Shown: piece by piece, positions 45,835 to 55,097 of the stretch
Numbering within the stretch: the stretch's first letter is position 1
Layout: every line of letters begins with the position of its first letter
Assembly (NCBI GenBank): GCA_028864975.1
Contig: JAGWLG010000011.1
Span: 26,081 to 90,080 of the forward strand
DNA length: 64,000 nt
DNA from: Thermoplasmata archaeon
GTDB taxonomy: Archaea; Thermoplasmatota; Thermoplasmata; Lutacidiplasmatales; UBA184
Reading direction: 5' to 3'
Notes under the pieces: model-generated
Told to the model about the DNA's origin: nothing
What the model saw: the letters and a program-made list of their open reading frames with translations, nothing else
Database searches by the model: none
Translations under genes and position numbers: made by a program

Positions 45835-48810
45835 ATGGACGGCGAACGGGGGGGTACAGCCCACCTTATCGGACGGGAGGAGGAGCTGGGGAGGCTGCGG
45901 AACGGCCTCGAACGGGCGGACCACGGCCAGGGCGGAGCCTGGCTCTTGCTGGGACCGGGGGGGATCGGCAAGACCCAGGTCCTCCGGTGGCTCGAGGAGG
46001 AGGCCCGTGCCCGGGGGTTCGAGGTCCGCTGGGGCTACGCCCTCAAGGATGAGATCTCGCCGTTCTTCGCGTTCCAGCAGGCCTTCCGCCGCCCGGCCAA
46101 CGAGGAGTGGGATGCGTTCGCCTCTCCCGAGGGTGGATCGGCCCCCCTTCCCGAGGCCCTCGCGCCGCTCGTGATCCTGGAGGAAGGGGCGGACCGGCGA
46201 TGGCCCTCGATGCTCACCACCCTGGCCCGTTCCCGACCGCTCCTGCTCTTCACCCGTCGGCAGGCACCTCGGCCGTTCCTTCCCGGGGGGACCCAGGGAG
46301 TAGGGGCGGTCATCCTCTCGCGCGTCGAAGGCGTGGACCACCTGCCTCCGACGTCCCTGGACCTGATCGCCGAACGAGCGGAGGAGCACTTGCTCAGGCA
46401 TCCCGGCGGGGCGGTTGCGTTCGAGAACCTGGAGTTCCTCTGCAGCCAGAACCCCGTGCGCTCCGTCCTCCAGTTGCTCCAGTACGTCCGCGACACCGCG
46501 CTTGCCCATCGAGGCACGGTCCTCGTGAGCTTGCGACCGGGGGCGTTCCATCCCCGCGACCTTGCTCTCCTCGAGACGGACGCGCAGGTCCTTCGCGCTC
46601 CCCCTCCGAACGTTCCGGGCTCCTCGTCTCGGACCGCGGGGCAAGTCTCCACCCCCGCGGTCACGATGTTGGGCTATCTCAGCATCCTCGAGGAGGCGGG
46701 ACGACGGGCGGCTCAGCTCCTGATCGTGGACGACCTGCACTGGGCCGACGCGCTCTCCGGTCTCGCCTTCCAGTTCCTGGGACGGAACACATCGGACCTT
46801 CGGCTGATGCTGGTCGGGGCGGCCCGGGAGGAGGATCTCCCGGTCGGGAGTGACGACGGAGGCCCCTCCCTCATCTCGCGGTTTGACGCCCTGGAGAGAG
46901 AGGGACGACTCCAGCGGGTCGCGCTCCGCCCCTTCGGGCCGTCGGAGGTTCGTGAGCTCTCGCGGCAGCTCATCGGGAGCTCCCCGGCCCCGCCTTCGGA
47001 CGAGGCCGTCGCGGCCCTGCTCAAGCGGACGGAAGGGAACCCCTACTTCCTTCGGGAGATCCTTCTCCAGTGGCAGGAGGAAGGTCAGCTCCATCGCCTG
47101 GGCCCGACCGAAGTGCCGGAACTGACGGGGGAGACCGGCCGCGTCGCCGCGGCCAACGCGGTCCCGCCGTCCATCCGTAGGTTCGTCCTCCACAGACTTT
47201 CGCGCCTCTCGAAGGAGCAACGTGCTTGGTTGGACGCGGCCGCGGTCGCGGGCAGCGAGTTCGAGGTGGCTCCCCTGCCCGCGGCGCTCGGCCTCTCGCT
47301 GGAGCGGACCCTTGCGATCGCCGAGGAGCTCTCGTTCCAATATCGTCTCATCGAGCCTGCCACCGGGACCGCCGAGGAGGGATGGTCGTTCGCCCATCCG
47401 ATGGTCTGGGAGGCGGTGATCGAGACCCTCGTCCCATCGCACCGACGGGCCTATGCCCTCTCGCTCCTCGGATGGTGGGAGATCCACCGGTCCGGGGACC
47501 TCGGCGCCCTCGCGCGACTGGGCCACGACACCGGGGAGGTCCCGCGAGCCCTTCCTTGGGTCCGCAAGGCGCTGAAGGATGCGGCCGAGCGGCTGGCCCC
47601 CGAGGCGACGTTGACCTACCTCGCGTGGGAGCACGAGCTCACCAGGTCCGCCGGCCGCCGCCCCATGCCCTCGGAACTTGAGGACGAGACCGAGGACATC
47701 GGCCGCGCTTCGAACGCAGGGGGTGGGCGAAGCGCCATGAACGCCCTCAGGGGCCTCCTTGCCGAGGAACTGGGTCCGTCGCTACGCTGGAGGGTCCGCA
47801 CCCAGCTCGCCATGGGCCTGGCACGTTTGGACCGCAGGGAGCATGTGGCCATGTTGGAGACCCTCCAGCAGGAGATCGAGCGCGGTGGGGACGACGTTCC
47901 CGGGTTCGCGCGGCACCGCGTCCAGATCATGCGCGCCGACCTGGCGTTCGATCTGCAGAAGTTCGAGGAGGCCTCCGCCCTCTACCGCTTGGCCGTGGAG
48001 GCCCCCCCGTCGGACCTCCCGCCTCTCTTGCGGGTGGGAGCGTTCCGGAACTTGATCATGTGCGAGCAGGCCCTGGGGCGGGGCGACCATGTGCCGGGTT
48101 GGCTCTCCCGGGCGGAGCCGTATGTCAGGGACGACCCCCGGGCCGCCTCTCCTCTCAGGAACGCGGAGGCGTATTGCCGCTTCGTGGCGGGCGACATGCA
48201 AGCTGCCGTCCGGCTTAGCCTGGAGGCGGCGAAGATCGAGCGAGAGCAAGGGTTCCTCAGTGCCGCGGTGACCGACGAGTACAATGCCGCCAACATCCTC
48301 ATGGACCTGGACGAAAGGGAGGAGGCCGAGCGGCTCGCCAAGGGGATCTTCGAGGTGGGGAGGAAGTTCGACATCGCGCGCACACGCTACCTCGGTGCGC
48401 TGCTCTTGGCTCAGCTCTCTTCCCGCGCGGGCGACCATTCCGCCGCTCTCCGCTGGGCCGCCCGGGCGAGGGCGGAGGCGGCAGAGACCCAGATCACCGG
48501 CGACGTCCGGGAAGGGCGCATTGTGGAAGCCGTGGTGATAGGACGGTCAGGTGACCTCCCCCGCGCCATCTCCGCCTTCGACGAGCTTGACCGTGAGGGG
48601 GCCTTCACCGGGGCGCCGCAGGCGGAGTCCTCCCTGCCGGACCTTTGCGACTTCCTGGAGCGAAACGGAGACCTGCCGCGGGCCCTCGAGATCGCCCGAC
48701 GCGTCCAGGCCGCCGCAGAGGCCCTCCATAATGCTCCCTCCTCCCAGAAGGCCCGCATGAGGGTGGATCGCCTGGTCGAGCAGATCGGAACACCGGGTCC
48801 CCCCTCTTGA
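45835..48810 (+). CDS. STAND-type AAA ATPase with inserted DUF835-like domain and C-terminal TPR-like repeats
   Basis: LIGREEEL, Walker A GPGGIGKT, DUF835-like insert, Walker B LLIVDDLHWAD, TEGNPYFLRE, YRFSH-like WSFAHP; ATG 45835. Confidence 0.88.
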   Translation: MDGERGGTAHLIGREEELGRLRNGLERADHGQGGAWLLLGPGGIGKTQVLRWLEEEARARGFEVRWGYALKDEISPFFAFQQAFRRPANEEWDAFASPEGGSAPLPEALAPLVILEEGADRRWPSMLTTLARSRPLLLFTRRQAPRPFLPGGTQGVGAVILSRVEGVDHLPPTSLDLIAERAEEHLLRHPGGAVAFENLEFLCSQNPVRSVLQLLQYVRDTALAHRGTVLVSLRPGAFHPRDLALLETDAQVLRAPPPNVPGSSSRTAGQVSTPAVTMLGYLSILEEAGRRAAQLLIVDDLHWADALSGLAFQFLGRNTSDLRLMLVGAAREEDLPVGSDDGGPSLISRFDALEREGRLQRVALRPFGPSEVRELSRQLIGSSPAPPSDEAVAALLKRTEGNPYFLREILLQWQEEGQLHRLGPTEVPELTGETGRVAAANAVPPSIRRFVLHRLSRLSKEQRAWLDAAAVAGSEFEVAPLPAALGLSLERTLAIAEELSFQYRLIEPATGTAEEGWSFAHPMVWEAVIETLVPSHRRAYALSLLGWWEIHRSGDLGALARLGHDTGEVPRALPWVRKALKDAAERLAPEATLTYLAWEHELTRSAGRRPMPSELEDETEDIGRASNAGGGRSAMNALRGLLAEELGPSLRWRVRTQLAMGLARLDRREHVAMLETLQQEIERGGDDVPGFARHRVQIMRADLAFDLQKFEEASALYRLAVEAPPSDLPPLLRVGAFRNLIMCEQALGRGDHVPGWLSRAEPYVRDDPRAASPLRNAEAYCRFVAGDMQAAVRLSLEAAKIEREQGFLSAAVTDEYNAANILMDLDEREEAERLAKGIFEVGRKFDIARTRYLGALLLAQLSSRAGDHSAALRWAARARAEAAETQITGDVREGRIVEAVVIGRSGDLPRAISAFDELDREGAFTGAPQAESSLPDLCDFLERNGDLPRALEIARRVQAAAEALHNAPSSQKARMRVDRLVEQIGTPGPPS

Positions 48811-48979
48811 AGGGCCACCTGGCCCCGACGTGGCGGCGCGCGAATGGCGGAACGCCCTGGAGGGCTCCGCGGCCAAGGGAGATCCCTGCGCGAGGTGCTT
48901 GGGATCGAAGCACCTTCGGAGAAGGGAGACCCAGGGATTGATTACCTGGGTCGCGTTGGCCCACGCACGGGTGACCGAC

Positions 48980-49183
48980 ATGGTCCAACGCATCACCGAG
49001 GTCGTAGGGATCTCGAAGAAGAGCTTCGCCGACGCCGCATCGAACGCCATCGAGACCGCTTCCAAGACGGTCCGTGGGATCAAGTGGTTCCGCGTATCCG
49101 AGATGGAAGGCCGCTGCGAGAACGGCAAGGTCGTGGAGTACCACGCTAGCCTGAGGATCTACTTCGAGTACGAAGGAAAATAG
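48980..49183 (+). CDS. Dodecin family flavin-binding protein
   Basis: ITEVVGISKKSFADAASNAIETASKTVRGIKWFRVSE...EYHASLRIYF. Confidence 0.92.
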   Translation: MVQRITEVVGISKKSFADAASNAIETASKTVRGIKWFRVSEMEGRCENGKVVEYHASLRIYFEYEGK

Positions 49184-49977
49184 CGGCGAAGGGCCGGGGG
49201 CACGCAGCCCCCCTTTTCACCTGATGCGAGCCGCTCCAAGGGCCTCCCTCGTTTCGGGCCGTTGCGGCCCACCACACCGCTCTGGCGGTTCGTGGTGCGG
49301 CTCTTTGGTTGTAGTGCGCCGGGGGCCGCGGTAGATGTCGAGCGATCGACCTCACGTAGCGCGCCCGCCGGCTTCGTTCGCGCGTCCGTACCCTTCTCCT
49401 CCGGGCGCAGGAGCCCTGCGCGCTCGGCCTCTTCTCGGACCCGCTCGATCCGTTCGGCCACCCGGGGCCCGACCCCGAAGCGGGAGGCGAGGCGCTTGAC
49501 CTGCGTCATGAGTCCCCAAGGTGCGCCGGCGCGAAGGTCGCGCAGGACCTTCTGGACCTGGACCAACCAGGCCTCCCCCTCGATGGACAGGCGCATGTAC
49601 CAGACCACGGGGACCGTAGCCATCCTCCCCTCCGGGGCTTCCTTCGAACCGTACCTCACCACGTGATCGAAGAACTCGTCCCCCGTTAGAGTCCCGCTGA
49701 ACGCGCTTGGATTCAGCAGATCGAACCGGACCAGCGTCGGACCGACCACGAAGTGCCCCCCCGCCATCTCACCGGATTCGCGGGTCATGGACTCAATAGA
49801 GGGGTCGTGGTCCAAGGCCTCGACGGCTCGGTCGTAGTCGCGGGCCACCATCAGCACATCCACGTCCCGTGACTCGGAGGGATAGACGGTGAGGACGGCC
49901 GCCCCCCCGACAACGACGAAGCGGACCCCGTTCCGCGAGAGCATCCGAGCGAACGCTCGCACGTGCTCTCGGTTCAT
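49159..49977 (-). CDS. Nucleotidyltransferase-fold protein (AbiEii/DUF6036-like putative toxin)
   Basis: FVVVGGAAV...SRDVDV GG/DxD motif, FDLL; ATG 49977 overlaps the upstream stop (ATGA). Confidence 0.7.
   Translation of the reverse strand: MNREHVRAFARMLSRNGVRFVVVGGAAVLTVYPSESRDVDVLMVARDYDRAVEALDHDPSIESMTRESGEMAGGHFVVGPTLVRFDLLNPSAFSGTLTGDEFFDHVVRYGSKEAPEGRMATVPVVWYMRLSIEGEAWLVQVQKVLRDLRAGAPWGLMTQVKRLASRFGVGPRVAERIERVREEAERAGLLRPEEKGTDARTKPAGALREVDRSTSTAAPGALQPKSRTTNRQSGVVGRNGPKRGRPLERLASGEKGGCVPPALRRYFPSYSK
49196..49216 (+). terminator. Hairpin plus T-tract after dodecin
   Basis: GGGGGC-ACGCA-GCCCCC-TTTT. Confidence 0.55.
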
Positions 49978-50537
49978 AGCCGCCCACCGACCCAGGCATT
50001 GCGGTCTTGGAGCTCCAAACTCGAGCGAGGGAGGCTCTCGCCCACCCGCGGCAGTCCCGGGACGAGTTCCTGAAGACCGACGAGCGTCGCGCTCCTCTCC
50101 TGGTCCTCTTGCAGGATGCGCTTGAGGAGACGATCCGGATGGAGGAACTTCCGGTGGCGCATGGCCAGGGCGCGGGCCAGGAGGGGCTCTCGCATGAGGA
50201 GCACGACTACCAGGTCCTCCAGGGTGGGCCTTCTGGCCGCCTCCTCCGACCGCAGAGCGAGGACAGGGAAGCTGGTCCCGACGAGCCCCACGAGCCCCTT
50301 CGCCACCACGAGCCACGTCCCCCCGGAGCGAGGAAAGCCCCAGGCGGCCGTCACCTCCGGCGGGATCGCATGGACGGGAAGCCCGGCCCGACCGGCCTCC
50401 CTCGCGTCCTCGATGGTCCGTATGCGCAACCGGAAGGTCCGGTGCGGACGATGGGCAGGACGCCGCTCTGGTAGGACGAGGGCTCGCGGAACGTGCCGGT
50501 CCTTTGGCGAGTGGACGAGCGTCGTCGCTAGCCGCAC
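49974..50537 (-). CDS. Hypothetical protein, putative cognate antitoxin/partner
   Basis: Coupled to the NTase gene by ATGA overlap; GTG start 23-30 bp downstream of a TATA-like element. Confidence 0.65.
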   Translation of the reverse strand: MRLATTLVHSPKDRHVPRALVLPERRPAHRPHRTFRLRIRTIEDAREAGRAGLPVHAIPPEVTAAWGFPRSGGTWLVVAKGLVGLVGTSFPVLALRSEEAARRPTLEDLVVVLLMREPLLARALAMRHRKFLHPDRLLKRILQEDQERSATLVGLQELVPGLPRVGESLPRSSLELQDRNAWVGGRL

Positions 50538-50569
50538 GTTAGTTAAGAAGTCACGTTAGTATTAATACT
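50535..50569 (-). promoter_or_regulatory. Promoter/operator: direct repeats CACGTTAGT x2 and palindrome AGTATTAATACT
   Basis: Repeats at 50535-50543 and 50552-50560; perfect 12-bp palindrome 50558-50569 containing TATTAATA. Confidence 0.7.
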
Positions 50570-50734
50570 TCAGTGAACGGAAATGTCAATCATCCGTGGG
50601 CGACCTGGTGGGACGGACAGACAACGGGAAGGCTGTTGCGTAGCACCCGGTCCCGCGGAACGACTTCGGCTGCGAAGGGCCGAAGCAGGGGCCAATCGAG
50701 CGGGGCTCGCTGCCGCCGATCGCTTCCGAGCGCC

Positions 50735-51166
50735 CTACTTCGGGTTCGGCTCGCTCGGGTGGTTCCACTCCTCGAGCGGGTCGTGGTAGGTCCCCGCCGC
50801 CCTCGCGAAGCCCTTCTGGGCCCCCTTCTTGGCGGCCTTGATCCCGCGGGCGGTGTAGACGACGGGCGCCTCGGCCGCGATCTTCGCGCCGGACTTTACG
50901 GCGCGGCCCGCTTTCTTCAGGTCCTCCTCGACGTGCTTCGGGAAGTCCTTGAGCGACTTGTGGGCCTTGTAGCTCAGCCTTGCGAGCTTGAACTCGATCT
51001 CCTCGTGCAGGACCGAGTAGTCATGGCCGATCGTGTGGGGCAGACGGGCGATGTCCTTCTCGACGTCCTTGAACTCGATCTCGATGTCCTTCCCGATCCC
51101 GTGGGTCGCTTCTCGTAGCAGCTGTACGTGGGCTCGGAATCGTGGTGCATCATCCTCGGCGCTCAT
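50735..51166 (-). CDS. Hypothetical helical protein
   Basis: 143 aa, K/E/A/H-rich amphipathic helices; codon style like other genes in the window. Confidence 0.7.
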   Translation of the reverse strand: MSAEDDAPRFRAHVQLLREATHGIGKDIEIEFKDVEKDIARLPHTIGHDYSVLHEEIEFKLARLSYKAHKSLKDFPKHVEEDLKKAGRAVKSGAKIAAEAPVVYTARGIKAAKKGAQKGFARAAGTYHDPLEEWNHPSEPNPK

Positions 51167-51330
51167 GGGGGCTCCAATCCGGCAACGTTCAGCAGCATAA
51201 AAGCGGGGGTCTGGACATGCAAGGCTCCGGGGGCGGATCTTCCCGCCCGGGGCGCCCCCTCGGCATCCCTATAGACGCTCTGGAAGGACGAAACGCTATA
51301 CCTGGCCCGCCCTCGGTAGGTCGGAGTTCG

Positions 51331-54300
51331 ATGAGTCCCCGACTCGCCTTCCGAGTGCCCCTGCTGCTGACGGTTCTTGGGATCACCGGCCTCATGGCGC
51401 TGCCGACGGGGGTGTTGGCCCCGGTGGGACCCCTCAGTACTGAGGCGTCGGGCGGCCCCAGGACGCCACATGCCACGCACGAGAACCCCTCCACACCTTC
51501 CTCCATCCGGACCGCGACGCCCATCCAGCACGTGATCGTCATCATCCAGGAGAACCACGGAACGGACAACTACTTCAACCAGTTCCCGGGCGCCTTTGGG
51601 CTCCCGCCCGGGGGCGTACCTCAGCCGGCCAACCAGTCGGGCATCCAGTACTACGGGAACCAGTACACTCTCGGCTGGAACTACAGCGGGAACCAGAGCT
51701 CCGGGGATCCCGCTCACGGCGTCGAGAACATCGACCGCAACATCGACAACGGGACGATGGACGGGTACATGTACACGGACAGCCAGACCTCGAACGGGAT
51801 CTACCCCTCCTACATCGTCCCCAACGAACTGGGCCTCGCGCAGGAGTACGGGTTCGCGGACCAGTACTTCCACGCCTACGCGGGCCCCACGCTGCCGAAC
51901 CGCTTCTACGACTACGCGATCACCTCGGGGTCGGTCCTGGACAACAGCGGCCCCTCCAATGGTTCGAACCTGGTCTACTTCAACAGCCTCCCCCAGGAGC
52001 TCCAGAGCTCGGGGGTCAGCTGGGCGTCCTTCGACGGGTCCTACAACTCGGGGAGCTCGGTCTATGCTTGCTGGATGGGCGTGGTGGGCTACTTCCCGCC
52101 CAATCCTTGCTGGTACTTTGACACGACGCTCTCCCAGTTGATGCCCATGCTTTACTTCAACTGGATCCAGAACGGCAGCCTCTCGGACCTCCAGCCCTGG
52201 AGCAACCTCTACTCCGACCTCTACACGAACAATCTTCCGTCGGTCTCCTGGTACACCCAGGACTACCTCAATGGGACCGAGCACCCGGGGACCATCGCGG
52301 GGTTCGGGGGGAACGTGACGAACGGCCAGGCGGGCCTTGACGGGGTGGTCCGTGCCGTGGAGAACTCCCCCTACTGGAACTCGACCGCCATCTTCCTCAC
52401 CTACGACGAAGGAGGAGGGTTCTTCGACCACGTGCCGCCCCCGAGCGTGACGGGGCTGGGGGATGGGATCCGCATCCCGCTCGTGGTCATCTCCCCCTGG
52501 GCGAAGGAGGGGTACGTCTCCCAGACCTACTACACCCCCTCCTCGCTGCTCCACTTCATCGAGTGGAACTGGAACCTCCCCGCACTGGGCTCCCTCGACG
52601 GGATCTCGAACCTCCCGCTCGATTTCTTCAACTTCAGCGCCCCGCAGCCGCGCCCACCCCTCCCCCAGAGCGACTGGGGATTGCCGAACGAGCTCACGGC
52701 CTTCCCGTGGCCCCAGCAGCCCCCCAGCGTCGGCCTGGGCGGAGGGAGCTACACGCCCGCCCTGATCTCCGGAGGGAATCTCTCTTGGGCAATCCCCACC
52801 CAGAACTCCCAGCTCGCAAGCCCGACAGCGACCTCCGATGGCACCCGACTTTACGTGGCCGGCATGGATGGCATCCTCAGGGCGCTCGACCCGTTCACAG
52901 GTCAAGAGCTCTGGAGCGATGCTCTGGGCACCGCGTCCCGCACCCCCACTGCGCTCCTGCCCGGGGACGGGGTCATCGCCACGACGCTTCGAGGGACGAT
53001 CGTGGCGTACTCCAGTTCGAACACCCTGCTCTGGAACCTGAGCGTGGGGGCCCCGATCTACAGCGGGCTCACGACCGTGCAAGGCACCTACTACGGGGCC
53101 ACGACGAACGGGTCCGTCTTCGCGGTGTCCGAGAACGGGACCCTGCTCTGGTGGCACCAGGTCACGAAGGACCGGGTCTACGCGCCGCTCGCGTACGACC
53201 CGAGCGACAGTCTCCTCATCCTGGGGACGGCGAACCCCTCGGGAGGCGACGTCATCGGGGTCGACCTGTCGGGAAGCGTTCACTGGACCTCCCCCGTCCC
53301 GGGCGGCATCTTCGGTGGCGGCGCCGTGGCGTCGGGGACCTACTACGCCACCACCACGTCGGGCGGGGTCTACCCCGTCGTCACCAGCTCGGGTGTCGTT
53401 GGTACTCCCGCGGCCTTGCCCGGCTCCTCTGTCACGGCGCCGCTGATCGACGGGTCCACGCTCATTGCTGGGAACGAGACCGGGTTCCTCCAGGCCTACG
53501 CTCTGCCGAGCCTGGCCACCTCGTGGAGCGCCTCCCTCTGGGGGGACATCGCCGGTACCCCCGCGGTGAGCGGCAACAACATCTGGGTGGGGACCGGAGC
53601 AGGCTATCTCTACGAGATCCCCGCCGCTGGCGGGACCCCGATCCAGGTGCTCCACAGCGGGACCTCGTTCTACCGGGGTCCCACCGTCGTCCCCGGGGGG
53701 CTCTACATCACGGCCGAGGACGGGGAGGTCTACGGGTGGGTCCATCCGGGATGGGTCGCGGGCACGGTCACGAACGTCTCCTCCGGGGCGCCCATCAGCG
53801 GAGCCTCGGTCCTCTTCACGACGCCACGGGGGCCGGTGACGGCCACGACGGGCGCGGGAGGCAACTTCAACGCCTCCCTCCCCGGGGGGAGCTATGCGTT
53901 CTTCTTGAACGTCAGTGGCTATCTGCCGAAGACCGGCAGCACGAGCGTCACCCCCTCCCAGACGACCACGCTGAACGTGGCGCTCACCCCCTCCGGCATC
54001 CACCCCGGCTTCGCCGACGTTCGACTCGCTCCTACCAACGCCATTCTTTCGGTGAACGGGACCGCGCAGCCGATCGCGGCCGGCGGGACCTATTCGCTCT
54101 CCCTGATCCCTGGCCCGTACGTGCTCGCGGCGACGGCGACGGGGTACAACCCTCAATCGACCACGATCGCGGTCCGCTCCTACCTGACCACGTTCTGGAA
54201 CGCGACGCTCCAGCCGGTCGGAGGCGCCCATCCCGGATGGGCGGCAGGCGTGATCACGAACAGCAGCACCGGCGCTCCGCTCTCCGCGGTCAATGTGCTG

Positions 54301-55080
54301 CTCCGCTCGGCGGCAGGACCGGTCGCTGCGACCTCGGGCACGAGCGGGGCGTACAATGTGAGCCTGAACCCGGGCTCGTACTCCGTCTTCGCGAACTCCA
54401 CAGGCTACCATCCGTTCTGGGGGAACGCGACCGTGAGCGCGTCGTCGACCACGACGCTCAACATCCCCCTCGTCCCGGTCCCCCGTGTGGTCCAGCCCGG
54501 TGTCGTGTCCGGGACGGTCTACGGCGGCTCGGCCGCCTCGGGCAACGGGCTCTCGCTCATCCACCTCTACTTCTTCCCCGGAGGAGAGGCCACGATCTCC
54601 AGTACCGGGGGGATCTATTCCATCTCTCTCCCCGCCGGGACCTACTCCGTCTTCGTGAACGCGACGAACTACCAGCCCTACGCGACGAACGGCATCGTGG
54701 TCACTTCTGGTGGAACGACCAGCCAGAACGTGGTCCTGCTCTCCGTGGCCTGCACCGCGGGCTCGAACCTGTGCAACGCGCATAAGGCCGGCACGAACGT
54801 CACGGCAATCAATTGGGTCCTCTGGGCGTTGGTCGTGGCCGCGGTGGCGGCCGCGCTGCTGATGCTCGCGGTCGTGGTCCGCAGGGGCAAGCGGGGGCCC
54901 CCCGCGGCCGTTCCCACCGAAGCCGAATCGATGAGCGAGGAGGCGGGCGCCGGAGCCATGGTGGGGACGACCCAGGCGCTCCCGCCGACGGCGGACGAAC
55001 GTGTGTACTCGGAGCAACTGGTGAGTGGGCTCAATGACCCGTCGAACGACGAGCCGCCGCCGGACAGCGATGCCATCTGA
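51331..55080 (+). CDS. Cell-surface phosphoesterase (PLC/AcpA family) fused to PQQ-like beta-propeller, carboxypeptidase-regulatory-like repeats and C-terminal TM
   Basis: IQHVIVIIQENH..DNYF, PNRFY, EHP, TYDEGGGFFDHVPPP, RIPLVVISPWAK; propeller LRALDPFTGQELW; GTVTN..SGAPISGA.V repeats; ATG 51331. Confidence 0.9.
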   Translation: MSPRLAFRVPLLLTVLGITGLMALPTGVLAPVGPLSTEASGGPRTPHATHENPSTPSSIRTATPIQHVIVIIQENHGTDNYFNQFPGAFGLPPGGVPQPANQSGIQYYGNQYTLGWNYSGNQSSGDPAHGVENIDRNIDNGTMDGYMYTDSQTSNGIYPSYIVPNELGLAQEYGFADQYFHAYAGPTLPNRFYDYAITSGSVLDNSGPSNGSNLVYFNSLPQELQSSGVSWASFDGSYNSGSSVYACWMGVVGYFPPNPCWYFDTTLSQLMPMLYFNWIQNGSLSDLQPWSNLYSDLYTNNLPSVSWYTQDYLNGTEHPGTIAGFGGNVTNGQAGLDGVVRAVENSPYWNSTAIFLTYDEGGGFFDHVPPPSVTGLGDGIRIPLVVISPWAKEGYVSQTYYTPSSLLHFIEWNWNLPALGSLDGISNLPLDFFNFSAPQPRPPLPQSDWGLPNELTAFPWPQQPPSVGLGGGSYTPALISGGNLSWAIPTQNSQLASPTATSDGTRLYVAGMDGILRALDPFTGQELWSDALGTASRTPTALLPGDGVIATTLRGTIVAYSSSNTLLWNLSVGAPIYSGLTTVQGTYYGATTNGSVFAVSENGTLLWWHQVTKDRVYAPLAYDPSDSLLILGTANPSGGDVIGVDLSGSVHWTSPVPGGIFGGGAVASGTYYATTTSGGVYPVVTSSGVVGTPAALPGSSVTAPLIDGSTLIAGNETGFLQAYALPSLATSWSASLWGDIAGTPAVSGNNIWVGTGAGYLYEIPAAGGTPIQVLHSGTSFYRGPTVVPGGLYITAEDGEVYGWVHPGWVAGTVTNVSSGAPISGASVLFTTPRGPVTATTGAGGNFNASLPGGSYAFFLNVSGYLPKTGSTSVTPSQTTTLNVALTPSGIHPGFADVRLAPTNAILSVNGTAQPIAAGGTYSLSLIPGPYVLAATATGYNPQSTTIAVRSYLTTFWNATLQPVGGAHPGWAAGVITNSSTGAPLSAVNVLLRSAAGPVAATSGTSGAYNVSLNPGSYSVFANSTGYHPFWGNATVSASSTTTLNIPLVPVPRVVQPGVVSGTVYGGSAASGNGLSLIHLYFFPGGEATISSTGGIYSISLPAGTYSVFVNATNYQPYATNGIVVTSGGTTSQNVVLLSVACTAGSNLCNAHKAGTNVTAINWVLWALVVAAVAAALLMLAVVVRRGKRGPPAAVPTEAESMSEEAGAGAMVGTTQALPPTADERVYSEQLVSGLNDPSNDEPPPDSDAI

Positions 55081-55097
55081 CACGAGCTATCCGCGGT

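Noticed and set aside
49159-49400. Long C-terminal tail of the NTase ORF as a functional domain
   Set aside because: It is low-complexity and runs convergently into the dodecin terminator and stop. It is more likely a late stop codon than a domain.
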